Origin: Candidatus Anstonellales archaeon
Lineage (GTDB): Archaea; Micrarchaeota; Micrarchaeia; Anstonellales; J096
Direction of reading: 5' to 3'
Length of the DNA: 64,000 nucleotides
NCBI GenBank assembly: GCA_038890615.1
Contig: JAWAFI010000001.1
Location: 130,611 to 194,610 of the forward strand
The notes under the pieces are model-generated. The model was given only the letters and a program-made list of their open reading frames with translations, made no database searches and was not told the DNA's origin. The translations under genes were made by a program, and so were the position numbers. Shown one piece after another: positions 18,787 through 28,089 of the stretch; position 1 is the first letter of the stretch; the number at the start of each line of letters is the position of its first letter.

Positions 18787-20277
18787 CTATAGGTCAAAGG
18801 GCTTGTCTTTCACAACGAGTGAAATCACTTCGTCAGGGTTCTTGTAGTAATGGTTGACTATCCTTCCAACTTCATCAACGCCAAGGTAGTTGTTCTTAAT
18901 CATCCATTCCAGCATTGCAACCCTTTCATCTATGTTTGAGTCTATTTCCTTTTCACTCATCCCTGTGTAGAGGCCAAGCTGCTCATAGATGCGCATCGGC
19001 TTTGCCAGCTCCTTTATCTTGTCATCTTTCACGCTCCATGCATGGGTAATGACTGCTTCGTTGGTGCTCGTTATCTCAGCAAACTCTATGGTGCGCCTTA
19101 TGTTCATCCTCCTGTGGCGGAACTGCACCACTATCCCGCTCACTGATGAAAGCATCTCTGGAGGTATGTTTATCGGAGGGTTTGTTATGCGGGATATTGC
19201 CTCGCGCGTGTTGTCAGCGTGCACTGTTGAGTAGACGCTGTGGCCTGTGTGCATTGCTTCAAAGAGTATTTCTGCTTCTCTTTGCTTCCTTATTTCCCCA
19301 ACCACTATCCTGTCAGGCCTCATCCTAAGCGAATTCACAAGAAGGTCAAGCATAGTCACTTCGCCTTTGCCTTCAGGATTCGGCTCCCTTGTGACCATTG
19401 GAATCCACTGGAGGAATGATGGCAGTGTAAGCTCTCTCGTATCCTCTATGGTTATTATCCTTTGGGTTGATGGGATGAGGGAAGTGATTGCATTTAGGAA
19501 GGAGGTTTTGCCGCTTCCTGTGCCCCCTGCAACAATCAGGGAAAGCTCGTTGTGCACTGCCATCCATATAAGGCTTGCAAGCCTCAGGTTGATCGTTTTG
19601 TTGAGCACAAGCACTGGAAGCGTCCATGGGTTCTTGGAGAACTTCCTTATTGTTATTGTTGTGCCCCTGTTGGAGATTGGGAACAGGGAAGCGTTAACAC
19701 GCTCACCTGTAGGTAGGTGTGCGTCAAGAAGGGGGTTAAGCACATTTATCTGCCTGCCTATGCGCCTTGCTATAGTGCTAGCCATGTCTTGTATCTGCTC
19801 ATCGGTGTTGAACTTGATGTTGGTATTGCACCACCCGAACTCCTTGTGGTAGACCTTTACTGGCTCGCCTGGGCCATTAACCCCTATTTCCTCAAGATGC
19901 TCATCGTGGAGCAATGGCTCAAGCTGGCCCATTCCGAGCGTGTTCTGTATAAGGTAAGAAACAAGGACTCCTTCTTCCTCTTCGCTAAGCTTGAATGTCT
20001 TGTGGACTAGCTCTTTTGCTGCTTCTGTGAATCGCTTCCTAACTGCTGCTGCGCTCCTTATGTCAAGTATCTCAGCAATGTCAAGCTTTACCTCCTTTAT
20101 AAGCTCTGACTTAAGCTGGTTTGTAAGGATTACTCTAGTGCCTGGGGCAATCCCTGGTATTGATATCTCGTAAATAGGCAGGAATTCGTCCCTATCCTCT
20201 ATAGTTATTTCTATTGGCATCCCTTCGCTGTTAACCTGGTATTTTGCAAGCCTCACCGGCTTTTTTGGCTGTTTCAT
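18787..20277 (-). CDS. Type IV pilus assembly ATPase (CpaF/TadA/VirB11 family)
   Basis: GGTGSGKTS Walker A, TIEDTREL, SLRMRPDRIVVGEIR, AMHTGH, STVHA. Confidence 0.95.
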   Translation of the reverse strand: MKQPKKPVRLAKYQVNSEGMPIEITIEDRDEFLPIYEISIPGIAPGTRVILTNQLKSELIKEVKLDIAEILDIRSAAAVRKRFTEAAKELVHKTFKLSEEEEGVLVSYLIQNTLGMGQLEPLLHDEHLEEIGVNGPGEPVKVYHKEFGWCNTNIKFNTDEQIQDMASTIARRIGRQINVLNPLLDAHLPTGERVNASLFPISNRGTTITIRKFSKNPWTLPVLVLNKTINLRLASLIWMAVHNELSLIVAGGTGSGKTSFLNAITSLIPSTQRIITIEDTRELTLPSFLQWIPMVTREPNPEGKGEVTMLDLLVNSLRMRPDRIVVGEIRKQREAEILFEAMHTGHSVYSTVHADNTREAISRITNPPINIPPEMLSSVSGIVVQFRHRRMNIRRTIEFAEITSTNEAVITHAWSVKDDKIKELAKPMRIYEQLGLYTGMSEKEIDSNIDERVAMLEWMIKNNYLGVDEVGRIVNHYYKNPDEVISLVVKDKPFDL

Positions 20278-20286
20278 AATTCGCAC

Positions 20287-21984
20287 CTATTTTTCTTCAT
20301 CCTTATTTTCTTCCCAAACCTTTTTAATTAGTTTCCTTAGGCGGTTGCGCTTCTCCTCAATGCTCTCTGACTTTGCCTCTGCCTCTTTCACATCAGAAGA
20401 GAGCTGGATAAGGTCCTGGGAAGAGGTTATGCTTATGAGCTTTGCCTGCTGGGCAAGCAGCTTCAGCTGCTTGTTAAGATTGACCGCCTCAACCCTAAGT
20501 GAATCAAGCTCCTCGCTTGCCTTTTTTACTTCTGCCATTTTTTCAAGCAAATCCTCAGTTTCTGAGATGACTTCGCTTGCATCAAGAGCCTCAAGCTCCT
20601 TGCGCACCTCAACGAACTTCTGGTCAACCTTGGCCTCCTCTGCCTCTATCTCGCTTTCTAGTATTGAATATTCCTCGCCAAGGCGCTCGAGCTGGTCAAG
20701 GTAATTCTGGATTGATTGAAGGGTTTTCTCCTTTATGCGCTGGAAGGTAGAATAGTTTGCCATCTCCTCATCAAGGGTTGCAAGTATCGTGCCTGATTCA
20801 GTGGCAAGCCTATTGCGCTCCTCCTCAATCTTCTCCCTTACATCAGAGAGCTCAGAGATAACTGCTTCAATATCCCCGAATCCTTTTGAGGCCTCCTCTG
20901 CTGCCTTCCTTGCCCTCTCAACCTCAAGCCTGAGCCTTGAGGAATCCTCTTTCAAAGATTTCACCTCGGAAAGGAGGTTATCAATAGTGGCAAACTTAGA
21001 CATTACTTCGCGTGCAAGGTCCAAGTAATCGTCTATCTGCTTCAGCGCGCTCTTCTGCTCAGTTATCTCCTTATTTATCCCGGAAATCCTTGAGGAAAGC
21101 TCTGAAGCCTGCTTCTCAACGCTTTCTATCTCTTTTATGGTGCCCTTTATCCTTTTTTCGTATTCCTCAAGGCCTGTGCTGCTTGACTTTATGGCTTCAA
21201 CAGCGCCTTTCACGCTTGCAACAATCTCTGAAATCCCCTCAAGGCGCTTAAGTATATGGTCTGATTTGCGCTGATACTCTTCTATGCTCCCTACCTCAAC
21301 AGCTGGGGAGGCCCTCTGCAAATTTTTCACAACCTCATCGCTTCTCTGCTTCAAGCTCTCCAACTGGAGGTTAAGCTCTGCTATCTTTTCCTTTGAGGAT
21401 TCCACCGTGCGCAACCTATCCTCAACACCTTCCTGCCCAAGCTGCTCCTTAACGCGCTTCAACTGGGTAGTTAGAAGGTTTATGGCGTCCCTGATCTCTG
21501 AAACCCGCGCCCTGAAGTTCTCTGCCTTGTCAACAAGCGAGTAATATTTCCTCTCCTTATCTCCTTGCGCTTCGCGTATCTGCTCAACCTTTTTTGTAAG
21601 CGCATCGACCTTTGGCTGTATTGATGAAAGAACCCTGTCAAACTCCTGCCTTAGCTTCTCCAGCTCCTTCTCCTCCCTTTCTGCATGCGACCCGATTGCC
21701 TCTATTGAGCGAACTATCTCTTCTTTCTTTTCCTTGAACTTGTCTATCTCTTTTTCAACCTCTTCCTTGGACTTTGTAACCCATACAAGGAAGACCTTCC
21801 CAAGCCTGTACTCTATCTTTAGTATTCCTTCCTGCTCAAGTATGTTTGCCCACTCCTCAATATTGTTTGGCGAGATGTTGAGAAGCTTTGAGGAGCTCTC
21901 TATGTCTATCCTTCCCTTTTCCTTGACAAGTTTTATGAGCCTGTCTACGCCTGTTGTGATAAGGAGCTCATCAAAGTTATCCAT
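20287..21984 (-). CDS. N-terminal winged-helix + long coiled-coil protein, first gene of the pilus operon
   Basis: ITTGVDRLIKLVKEKG...IEEWANILEQEGILKIEY followed by ~480 aa of heptad repeats; no Walker motifs; start re-placed at ATG 21984. Confidence 0.8.
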   Translation of the reverse strand: MDNFDELLITTGVDRLIKLVKEKGRIDIESSSKLLNISPNNIEEWANILEQEGILKIEYRLGKVFLVWVTKSKEEVEKEIDKFKEKKEEIVRSIEAIGSHAEREEKELEKLRQEFDRVLSSIQPKVDALTKKVEQIREAQGDKERKYYSLVDKAENFRARVSEIRDAINLLTTQLKRVKEQLGQEGVEDRLRTVESSKEKIAELNLQLESLKQRSDEVVKNLQRASPAVEVGSIEEYQRKSDHILKRLEGISEIVASVKGAVEAIKSSSTGLEEYEKRIKGTIKEIESVEKQASELSSRISGINKEITEQKSALKQIDDYLDLAREVMSKFATIDNLLSEVKSLKEDSSRLRLEVERARKAAEEASKGFGDIEAVISELSDVREKIEEERNRLATESGTILATLDEEMANYSTFQRIKEKTLQSIQNYLDQLERLGEEYSILESEIEAEEAKVDQKFVEVRKELEALDASEVISETEDLLEKMAEVKKASEELDSLRVEAVNLNKQLKLLAQQAKLISITSSQDLIQLSSDVKEAEAKSESIEEKRNRLRKLIKKVWEENKDEEK

Positions 21985-22036
21985 ACAGAGATATAGTAAA
22001 ATGATACCTATTAAAAAGTATCTTTCATTAGGAATA

Positions 22037-23434
22037 ATGATGGGCAGCGAGTTCACCATAAGAAAAATGAAAAAAGGCACGCTGGAAAGGTTCAAAGATC
22101 AGAATAAGCTCATAAAGCAGTTCGGCAAGGATGCAGTGCTGCTTTACAAGCTTATAGGGGAGGAGACGACATCAACAAAACTCATTGAGCAGAGCGGGCT
22201 TGAGGAAAGCTATGTGCTCTCAATAGTGAATTTCATGAAGGAAAATGGCATAATTCAGGTTGTGGAAGGTGTCCTTCCTGAAGCGCCTCCAGTTCCTGTA
22301 AAAGAGGAAAAAGGAGTGATCAAAATTGAGGGCGAATTTGAAGGGCCTCCAAAAGAGGAGATAGAATTTGAGAGGGAGGAGAAAGAGGTTAAGGAGCTTG
22401 AGGTTGAGGAGCCAAAGCCAAAGGGGAGGAAAGGGAAAAAGAAAGAGGTTATGCCGAAGGAAGAGTTAGAAGAAGAAAAGCCGGAGGAGAAGATTGAGGA
22501 AGGGCCTGCAGAGATCAAGGAACCAAAGCCAGGGGAAATAGAGGAGGAAAAGGCAGAAGTTGGGCCGAAGGAAGAGTTAGAAGAAGAAAAGCCGGAGGAG
22601 AAGATTGAGGAAGGGCCAAAGGAGGAATTTGAGGAGGAGGTAGAGGAAAGGGAGGAAGGGGCGAAGGAGATTGCTGAGGGCATGCCAAAGGAGGAGCCAG
22701 ATGAGGCTCCTGCAGAAGAGTCCCCGCTTGATAAGATAATGGACAAATATGGAGAAGCAGGGCTAAAGGTATACTCCCTTATAGACGGAAAGAAAAGCGT
22801 TGAGGACATAGCGAATGAAGTTGGGACAAGCCAGGATAGGGTAATAGAAATGCTTGACTTCATGGAGAAGGAAGGCATAATAAAGATGGAAAGGAAGGGC
22901 GAAAAGGATGAGAAGAGCCCCTATGCGCCCATGGTGGAGGGGGAGAGCGAAATTCTTGAGAAAGGGGAGAGCGAGGTAGAAGTGCCAAAAGTGGTGAAAA
23001 AAGGTATAATAAAAGACCTTCAAATAAAAACAGACCTGATGCTGAAGTTTGGGGACATTGGAAATACTATATTTGGCTTAATAGACGGGAAGAGGAGCGT
23101 AATAGACATAATGCTCCTTAGCGGGGCGCCTATGAAAACAATTGAAGAGGTAATAAAGCACCTTGGTTCGCAGGGCGTTGTTGAGGTATCAATGATGGCA
23201 AGGCTGGACATAAGGAGGAGGTTTGGGGAGGATGGCTATATAGTATACAAGAAGTATGGTAAAAGCGGTCTTGCTCTTTATGAATTGGTCGGAACTGACA
23301 AAGGCCTTAAGGATATGTTAAAGATAGTTGGATGCGCAAAGGAAAAGCTAGTAGACATGTTTGCGTTCATACACGGGGTGCTTGGCATAGACATACCTGT
23401 GGATAAAACCATGCTTATGGAGCAGCTTGGGTGA
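22037..23434 (+). CDS. Protein with four winged-helix-like repeats and an acidic low-complexity linker
   Basis: Four repeats of (F/Y)G..G...(Y/F).LI(D)G.....I....G......ML..M...G(I/V); E/K/P-rich linker; start re-placed at ATG 22037. Confidence 0.78.
   Translation: MMGSEFTIRKMKKGTLERFKDQNKLIKQFGKDAVLLYKLIGEETTSTKLIEQSGLEESYVLSIVNFMKENGIIQVVEGVLPEAPPVPVKEEKGVIKIEGEFEGPPKEEIEFEREEKEVKELEVEEPKPKGRKGKKKEVMPKEELEEEKPEEKIEEGPAEIKEPKPGEIEEEKAEVGPKEELEEEKPEEKIEEGPKEEFEEEVEEREEGAKEIAEGMPKEEPDEAPAEESPLDKIMDKYGEAGLKVYSLIDGKKSVEDIANEVGTSQDRVIEMLDFMEKEGIIKMERKGEKDEKSPYAPMVEGESEILEKGESEVEVPKVVKKGIIKDLQIKTDLMLKFGDIGNTIFGLIDGKRSVIDIMLLSGAPMKTIEEVIKHLGSQGVVEVSMMARLDIRRRFGEDGYIVYKKYGKSGLALYELVGTDKGLKDMLKIVGCAKEKLVDMFAFIHGVLGIDIPVDKTMLMEQLG
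22453..22617 (+). repeat. Perfect 54-bp intragenic direct repeat (22453-22506 and 22564-22617)
   Basis: Both copies read gccgaaggaagagttagaagaagaaaagccggaggagaagattgaggaagggcc. Confidence 0.95.
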
Positions 23435-23435
23435 A

Positions 23436-25391
23436 CTACTCTTCTTTTAAATAATCATCCATTCTTTCATTTTTATTGAGGAATAAATTCCGCAAATCTT
23501 CAAGGAATTCCTTGAATCTATTTTCCCTTTCCTCAATTGCTTCTCCTTCCTCTTTTGCACGCTCCTTCTCTTCTGCCATCCTCTTCTCTATCCTGCTCTT
23601 CAGCTCATCCAGCGAGATTTCGCCATTGATGAAATCTATGAAATCCTTAGAGTTTGAAGAGTAGATTGCATTGATATATATATCAATCTCATTGCGCGGT
23701 ATGCTCTGGATGAGCTCCTCAGCTGCCCTAGCAACTTTTTTTGGCTCCTCCAAAGCCATCCTTGCTATATCATCATTGCTTCCAAGCACCTCAAAAACCT
23801 TGTCAGCAATGTAGATGTCCTGCTCATCTTCGCTTGTGGAAGCAAGGATTCTTGGAGTGGCAATTTCTCCAAAAGAGGCAATAACCTTTTCAGGTGAGCT
23901 TACAAAGGTGTCAAATAAGTAGTCGCTTTTGAGTATTGCAGATATTGCCTTTGATGAGCATGGGCCTGTTTTGATTATTAGCTCATGGGAATAAGGTGAG
24001 AGCAAGATAGCCATCGACCTTTTATCGCTTAAAGCAGATACTAATCCATCTAAGCTTGAATTGGGGTTGCTTGCCCTGAAGGTGTCAAAAATGCCCTTTA
24101 TGGAGCCCTGGATTTTAATTGGGTCTGAAAGAAAGGCTTCAAGGATAGCTGAATTTGCCTCAAAAAGGTAGAGGCATGCATGGAATTCTTCTAAGTCGTT
24201 CTTGAATGTTTCCTTTAGGGATTGGATTGTTGTTAGCAAAAGGGAGGGGTTTTGTGAAAGCTGCTCCCTGAAAAGCATGTTTGCAAACAAGAATGTATGG
24301 GAATCGTTTTCAAATAAATTCAGCATGCCCAAAAGAGAAGATATCTTCTTCTCATCAGACAGCAAGCCTTCTCCTGAAAAAAGGGGTTCAGGCTGCGATC
24401 GGGTCTTGTTTGTAAAATCTAACAAGAAATCGCAAAACTTTCTAAGTGAAACTCCCTTTGCCCTGCATAGCTTTATTGCCTTTTCCATATTAACAGAGGC
24501 ATTTTCAAGGTCATTGGCAAAGATGTCTATGAAATGCTTGTAGTTTAGCAATCTTATCAAAGCATCTTTTTCTTCCCCTGCTTCGTTTAGAATAGATAGC
24601 AGGCACTTCTCCTTGCCTTCTTCAATAAGTTTTGCATAAAGAGAGAGGATGCCTGAGAGGTTCCCTTCGCTCAGTAGCATTTTTTCTAATCCGGCCTTTC
24701 TTGCAAGCTCCACCATCTTCTCAGATGCTTTCAAAGGCATTTTCAGGAACAGCTCAAAGAATTCCTCGCTTGCCCTTAGCCCGGTATAAAGGGCAAGGCG
24801 CTCTTCCTCGCTTGCTTTGCCCTTAATAACTTTCAGAGCGTGCAATATTGCCTCCTTCTTATCGAATAGCTTTATGGCAAAGCTGCTTGGGTCCCTAGGA
24901 GGCCAAAACATTCCATTGACTCCAGAAATAAAACTATTGGTTTCTGTGCCAAGGGTTTCTTTGAGCTGTGCGAAGAAATCCTTCCATGCAGTGAAGTTCT
25001 CTGCAAAATGGGATGCAAAGCCCTCTGATGAAAGCCATGCGAAAACCTTTGCTGAGCCATCCCCAAGAAGTGGGATGAGCTCAAGGAACTTATGAGCATT
25101 TGCAGCAAAGAATTCCTGTGTTCTTGCAGGACTTGCTGCATCAACATCAACATGGCTTAAAAATTTTACAAGGTCATCTGCTGTGCCTTCTGGGTCTTTT
25201 TTGAACCTTTCAGCAACAACCTCGTTTGTGCTCAAGATGAAAAAAAGAAAATCTGCCTTTTCCTTGCTAAGGCAGCATCCCACATGATCCTTTATCCAGT
25301 TTTCCCTCTCTTTTAAGAAGTTATTAACTTTATCTTGAGGTTGAGTGGTGTTGGGGAGCTCTTGATTTTTTTTGAATCCCGGTCGCTCCAT
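23436..25391 (-). CDS. Orphan alpha-helical protein (651 aa)
   Basis: Long ORF with loosely repeated F..F...P-type helical units; no family recognised. Confidence 0.75.
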   Translation of the reverse strand: MERPGFKKNQELPNTTQPQDKVNNFLKERENWIKDHVGCCLSKEKADFLFFILSTNEVVAERFKKDPEGTADDLVKFLSHVDVDAASPARTQEFFAANAHKFLELIPLLGDGSAKVFAWLSSEGFASHFAENFTAWKDFFAQLKETLGTETNSFISGVNGMFWPPRDPSSFAIKLFDKKEAILHALKVIKGKASEEERLALYTGLRASEEFFELFLKMPLKASEKMVELARKAGLEKMLLSEGNLSGILSLYAKLIEEGKEKCLLSILNEAGEEKDALIRLLNYKHFIDIFANDLENASVNMEKAIKLCRAKGVSLRKFCDFLLDFTNKTRSQPEPLFSGEGLLSDEKKISSLLGMLNLFENDSHTFLFANMLFREQLSQNPSLLLTTIQSLKETFKNDLEEFHACLYLFEANSAILEAFLSDPIKIQGSIKGIFDTFRASNPNSSLDGLVSALSDKRSMAILLSPYSHELIIKTGPCSSKAISAILKSDYLFDTFVSSPEKVIASFGEIATPRILASTSEDEQDIYIADKVFEVLGSNDDIARMALEEPKKVARAAEELIQSIPRNEIDIYINAIYSSNSKDFIDFINGEISLDELKSRIEKRMAEEKERAKEEGEAIEERENRFKEFLEDLRNLFLNKNERMDDYLKEE

Positions 25392-25466
25392 GGATTATAG
25401 TGCGTTAAAAACGTTTAAAAAGATAGGGGAATGCTTTTAAAGCATGAAGGAAATAAAAAAGCGTTC

Positions 25467-25561
25467 GGGGTCATGGTGTAACTTGGCAGCACGGCAGGCT
25501 CCAGGTTTAGAAGAAACCTGCAAGCTGGGGTTCAAAAGCAGAACAAATCCCCATGACCCCA
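25467..25561 (+). tRNA. tRNA-Trp(CCA) with two 11-nt introns (37/38 at 25505-25515; 58/59 at 25536-25546)
   Basis: GGGGTCA/TGACCCC acceptor; GCAGG/CCTGC anticodon stem and TGGGG/CCCCA T stem each enclose 18-nt loops; removing 11 nt from each restores CTCCAGA and TTCAAAT. Confidence 0.9.
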
Positions 25562-25582
25562 ACAAGCTCCAAGGTGCGCAAA

Positions 25583-26149
25583 ATGGAAGTAAGGAAGCTT
25601 GACCCTAAGATAAGGATCAAGATGCTGCTCCCAGTGCTTATAATTGTTTTTGTTATAGTGTTGGCATCAGCCATTTTGGGAAGCCTAAAGATACTCAATG
25701 TGCCTCCCTTCTATATAGCGCTCCTCTGCCTGCTCATACTCATCCCTGCGATAATATATGTAGAGATTTACTACCGCAGGTTCGAAGTTCATATAGAGAA
25801 GGACAAGATAATAGTAAAGAAAGGCATCGTATTAAGGAAAAACATAATGATACCGTTTGACAAAATACAGGATGTAACCATAGAGAAAAACATAGTAGAG
25901 CACCTGCTTGGCATAGGCATAGTGAAAATAGAGACAGCAGGGACAAACCCATTGGAATCAGAAGGGATCATAGATGGAATAAGCAACTACAGGGAATTCG
26001 CGAGCATGCTTATAGAGGCAAGCAGGGCTGAAAGGGCTGAAAGCGAGATTGAGAGGATGGATGGGATAAGCCTGTTGGCCCAGGAGATGGAAATGCTTAG
26101 GGAAGAGATACGCAAGCTCAACGAAAGCATCAAGAAAATGAAAAAATAG
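25583..26149 (+). CDS. Membrane protein with bacterial PH domain (bPH_2/YdbS-like)
   Basis: Two TMs, then IVKKGIV...IPFDKIQDV...LLGIGIVKIETAG; start re-placed outside the tRNA. Confidence 0.85.
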   Translation: MEVRKLDPKIRIKMLLPVLIIVFVIVLASAILGSLKILNVPPFYIALLCLLILIPAIIYVEIYYRRFEVHIEKDKIIVKKGIVLRKNIMIPFDKIQDVTIEKNIVEHLLGIGIVKIETAGTNPLESEGIIDGISNYREFASMLIEASRAERAESEIERMDGISLLAQEMEMLREEIRKLNESIKKMKK

Positions 26150-26184
26150 CATAATGTTAAAAAATTAACTGAGCTGAGAAGAGT

Positions 26185-26376
26185 ATGGCAGAACTAATTC
26201 TTACAAAGTACGAGATGGCCCGCATTATTGGAGCAAGGGCGCTCCAGCTGGCATTTGGCGCGCCACCTCTGGTTAAGCCAGAGCCAGGGGCATCTTTCAT
26301 AGAAGTGGCCAAGCTTGAGCTTGAAAATGGCGTGATCCCACTGCACCCTATAAGAAAGATGGCAGCTGAAAGCTGA
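26185..26376 (+). CDS. rpoK: RNA polymerase subunit Rpo6 (K)
   Basis: LTKYEMARIIGARALQLAFGAP. Confidence 0.96.
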   Translation: MAELILTKYEMARIIGARALQLAFGAPPLVKPEPGASFIEVAKLELENGVIPLHPIRKMAAES

Positions 26377-27857
26377 TGAGCAAGCTTGACCAGAACCCTT
26401 ACTTGGGCACCACTACAACAAGCATCGCTAGCTTGATATACCAATTTGGAGGGTTCTTGACCTACCTAATAATATTCAGCTTCCTTCCTCCAGAGCAGAG
26501 CGGCCTGTACTTCCTTGTTTATGCTTTCTATGGTCTTATAGGGGTATTCACAAGCATAGGCTTTGGGGAGGTAATATCACGCTATGTGCCCTTTTACAGG
26601 GCAAGGGAGGAGCACAGAAAAGCATCTTCAGTGTTGTACACAAGCTTGGCCTTGAACTTAGGGATGCTCATTATAGCGCTTGCCGTAGTGAGCAGGGCAG
26701 AGCTGGTAAGCTTGTACAACGCAGAGCTTAGCAATGCAATAACCCCTGCAGTCCTTTTCTTCGGCCTTGCTATGCTTGTGCAGAATGTCCTTATATATTC
26801 AATGTTCGGAACTGAGCAGTATACTAAACAGGCAGGGCTCAATGCTTTCCAGGGGCTAATGAAGCCAGTGGCTACTTACATTGCGCTTGCCAATGGCATG
26901 GGCATAGATGGGATCTTTCTTATGCAAGGGGCTCTTTTCCTTTTTATAGACGCACTAACTATGGGCTTTATAATTGCAAGGGTGAGGCCTGCTTTTGGAG
27001 CAATAGAGAACACTTCTGAGATACTTAAGTTCGGATTTTTCTCAGGGCTCAACAGCGTGATGGGCTATGTGCTTGGGTGGATGGATGTTGTAATATTAGG
27101 GTTCTTTACATCAACAGCAGTTGTGGCAGTTTATGGGTTCAGCGTGCTTATCACAAGGAATGTGATCCCTTTTGTTTCAGGCATGGCATCGAGCATAGCC
27201 CTGCCTGCATTCAGCAGGAAGGAGGGCAAGGGGGCAAGCATAAGCGTTTACAGCAGGCCTCTTTACATAATCTCGCTTTACTCAGCATCCTTCTTCTTTT
27301 TTGTTGCCCTAACTGTAGCGCCTTTCCTAATACATGTTTTCTTTGAGCAATATGAAGAGGCGAATGCCTATATGCCCCTGCTTGGGATTGCAATGGTGGC
27401 ATCAGCAGCAGCCAATCCGCTCAAAAGCTTCCTTTTTGCAAAAGTCAGGAGCGACTCTGTTGCAAAAGCAGCATTCATTGCTGCTGGGTCGAATGCCATA
27501 ATGAACATAGCGCTTGTGCCTTTCATTGGCGCAATGGGGGCCTCCATTTCAACTGCTGTTGCAATGCTCCTTTACTTGGCATACGTAGCCATGGAAATAA
27601 GAAAGCAAGGGGTGGAAGTGGCTGACTGGAGGAGCTATATGCTTTTTGGCTTACTTGCATTCTCATCAGCCATATTCATGTATGATTACTACTCAGGTGC
27701 TGGGATAGAAAGGGTTCTTTTTCACATGGGGGCGCTGCTCATAACGCTTACGCTTTATATATACTTTACTCTGGAGAAGGAGGAATTTGATTTCATAAAA
27801 GAAGCGATAAAGAGGGTTTCCCATGCTGCAGGAATCCCTTTTCCCCTTCCTGAGTGA
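26376..27857 (+). CDS. Polysaccharide flippase (Wzx/MOP superfamily)
   Basis: Many TMs; VISRYVP, WMDVVILGFF, ALPAFSR, NIALVPFIGAMGASIST. Confidence 0.85.
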   Translation: MSKLDQNPYLGTTTTSIASLIYQFGGFLTYLIIFSFLPPEQSGLYFLVYAFYGLIGVFTSIGFGEVISRYVPFYRAREEHRKASSVLYTSLALNLGMLIIALAVVSRAELVSLYNAELSNAITPAVLFFGLAMLVQNVLIYSMFGTEQYTKQAGLNAFQGLMKPVATYIALANGMGIDGIFLMQGALFLFIDALTMGFIIARVRPAFGAIENTSEILKFGFFSGLNSVMGYVLGWMDVVILGFFTSTAVVAVYGFSVLITRNVIPFVSGMASSIALPAFSRKEGKGASISVYSRPLYIISLYSASFFFFVALTVAPFLIHVFFEQYEEANAYMPLLGIAMVASAAANPLKSFLFAKVRSDSVAKAAFIAAGSNAIMNIALVPFIGAMGASISTAVAMLLYLAYVAMEIRKQGVEVADWRSYMLFGLLAFSSAIFMYDYYSGAGIERVLFHMGALLITLTLYIYFTLEKEEFDFIKEAIKRVSHAAGIPFPLPE

Positions 27858-28089
27858 TAAGAGAAAAAAGGAAAAATAACTCCTCTTTGGAATAGCCCTC
27901 TTTTATCTTCATTGGGACGCCAAGCGACCTAGCCAAAGAGATGTTCTTGCGCATCAATGAGAGCTTAACGGCTTTTTCCATTGGAGTGCCTTTTGATAGC
28001 TGGGAGAAGTCTATTTCTAGAAAATCGCGCTTGGTTTCGCCTGCCTTGGCCAGTCTTGCCCTGTCTGGCTTTGAATGCGCAGCTATCAA
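27793..28089 (-). CDS. RNase P subunit Rpp30-like protein, C-terminal half only
   Basis: LEIDFSQL...MRKNISLARSLGVPM resembles the Rpp30 C-terminal motif; coupled to rpl15e. Confidence 0.55.
   Translation of the reverse strand: MIAAHSKPDRARLAKAGETKRDFLEIDFSQLSKGTPMEKAVKLSLMRKNISLARSLGVPMKIKEGYSKEELFFLFSLITQEGEKGFLQHGKPSLSLLL

Noticed and set aside
20287..21984. SMC/Rad50 assignment
   Set aside because: No Walker A/B, signature motif, hinge or zinc hook.
21734..22095. Mutual head-to-head overlap of the two wHTH genes as given in the ORF track
   Set aside because: Both extensions are antisense shadows; the plausible ATGs at 21984 (-) and 22037 (+) remove the overlap.
22453..22617. CRISPR array or att site
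   Set aside because: Only two 54-bp copies, in frame within a low-complexity coding linker; no cas or integrase genes nearby.
25553..25582. bPH gene starting inside tRNA-Trp
   Set aside because: ATG 25583, preceded by AGGTG, is the better start.
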